A stretch of 64,000 nucleotides of DNA from Podarcis pityusensis. Taxonomy: Eukaryota. A program made the translations under genes and the position numbers. Positions 63,615-64,000 of this stretch are shown piece by piece. The notes under the pieces were generated by a model. The model did no database searches, was not told the DNA's origin, and was given only the letters and a program-made list of their open reading frames with translations. The DNA is taken from assembly GCA_964106645.2 (NCBI GenBank), contig OZ067042.1; one strand, given 5' to 3'. The first letter of the stretch is position 1. Every line of letters starts with the position of its first letter.

Positions 63615-64000
63615 TGTTCATGTGTGTAATGTTAATTAAGTAATGGGAATGAGGGGAGGGGGGAGCCAACCTTTCTCCCAAGGAATGACCCTGGAAAAGA
63701 GAATACATCGTGATGTAGCACCCCAGTGGGACGTTCTATTAAAAATTGAATGTTCCCAGGCTACTCTGCCACCTCTCAAAGCAGCTATGGTGTTTTTATT
63801 GTGAAATAAAAGAAAAGGCATCGGGGCAGGGACTTCAGACACCTTATAGAATGGTACCCCCCCCCGTCCCACGCCCAATATATGATTTCAGAAAGCTCTC
63901 CCACGCTTTCACCAAAACTCTCCTAAAGTGAGATTTTCAGTACAGAGAGCAAGCCATTTTATCCTTCAATTATGGGTCTGGGTGCTGGAGCCCTGGGTGC

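Overview
This is non-coding vertebrate DNA, not microbial. The repeat content (Sauria/Squam1 SINE, Squam3 SINE with (CTT)n tail, tRNA-Lys/CR1-tail SINE, BovB, CR1, L2, L1, many hAT and Tc1/mariner MITEs) indicates a squamate reptile, probably a lacertid lizard (inference). I can support no host protein-coding gene, rRNA, true tRNA or CRISPR array. All long ORFs with recognisable protein motifs are broken LINE ORF2 pieces: CR1 at 13.6-16.5 kb, BovB at 6.2-6.65 kb and L1 at 51.3-52.7 kb. Between the elements are AT-rich, transposon-free blocks rich in TAAT/ATTA motifs that look like conserved non-coding elements, so the window may be a large intron or gene desert. The best unexplained signals are: (i) a diverged ~530-bp duplication (17.6-18.4 kb vs 29.0-29.5 kb) conserved in exact blocks; (ii) a 79-bp near-perfect hairpin at 63536-63614 whose mismatches become G-U pairs on the minus strand; (iii) several micro-exon-like segments; (iv) nested insertions with readable target-site duplications. 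Family names come from recognition, not from a database search. I do not see a convincing new biological system, and the findings are leads only.
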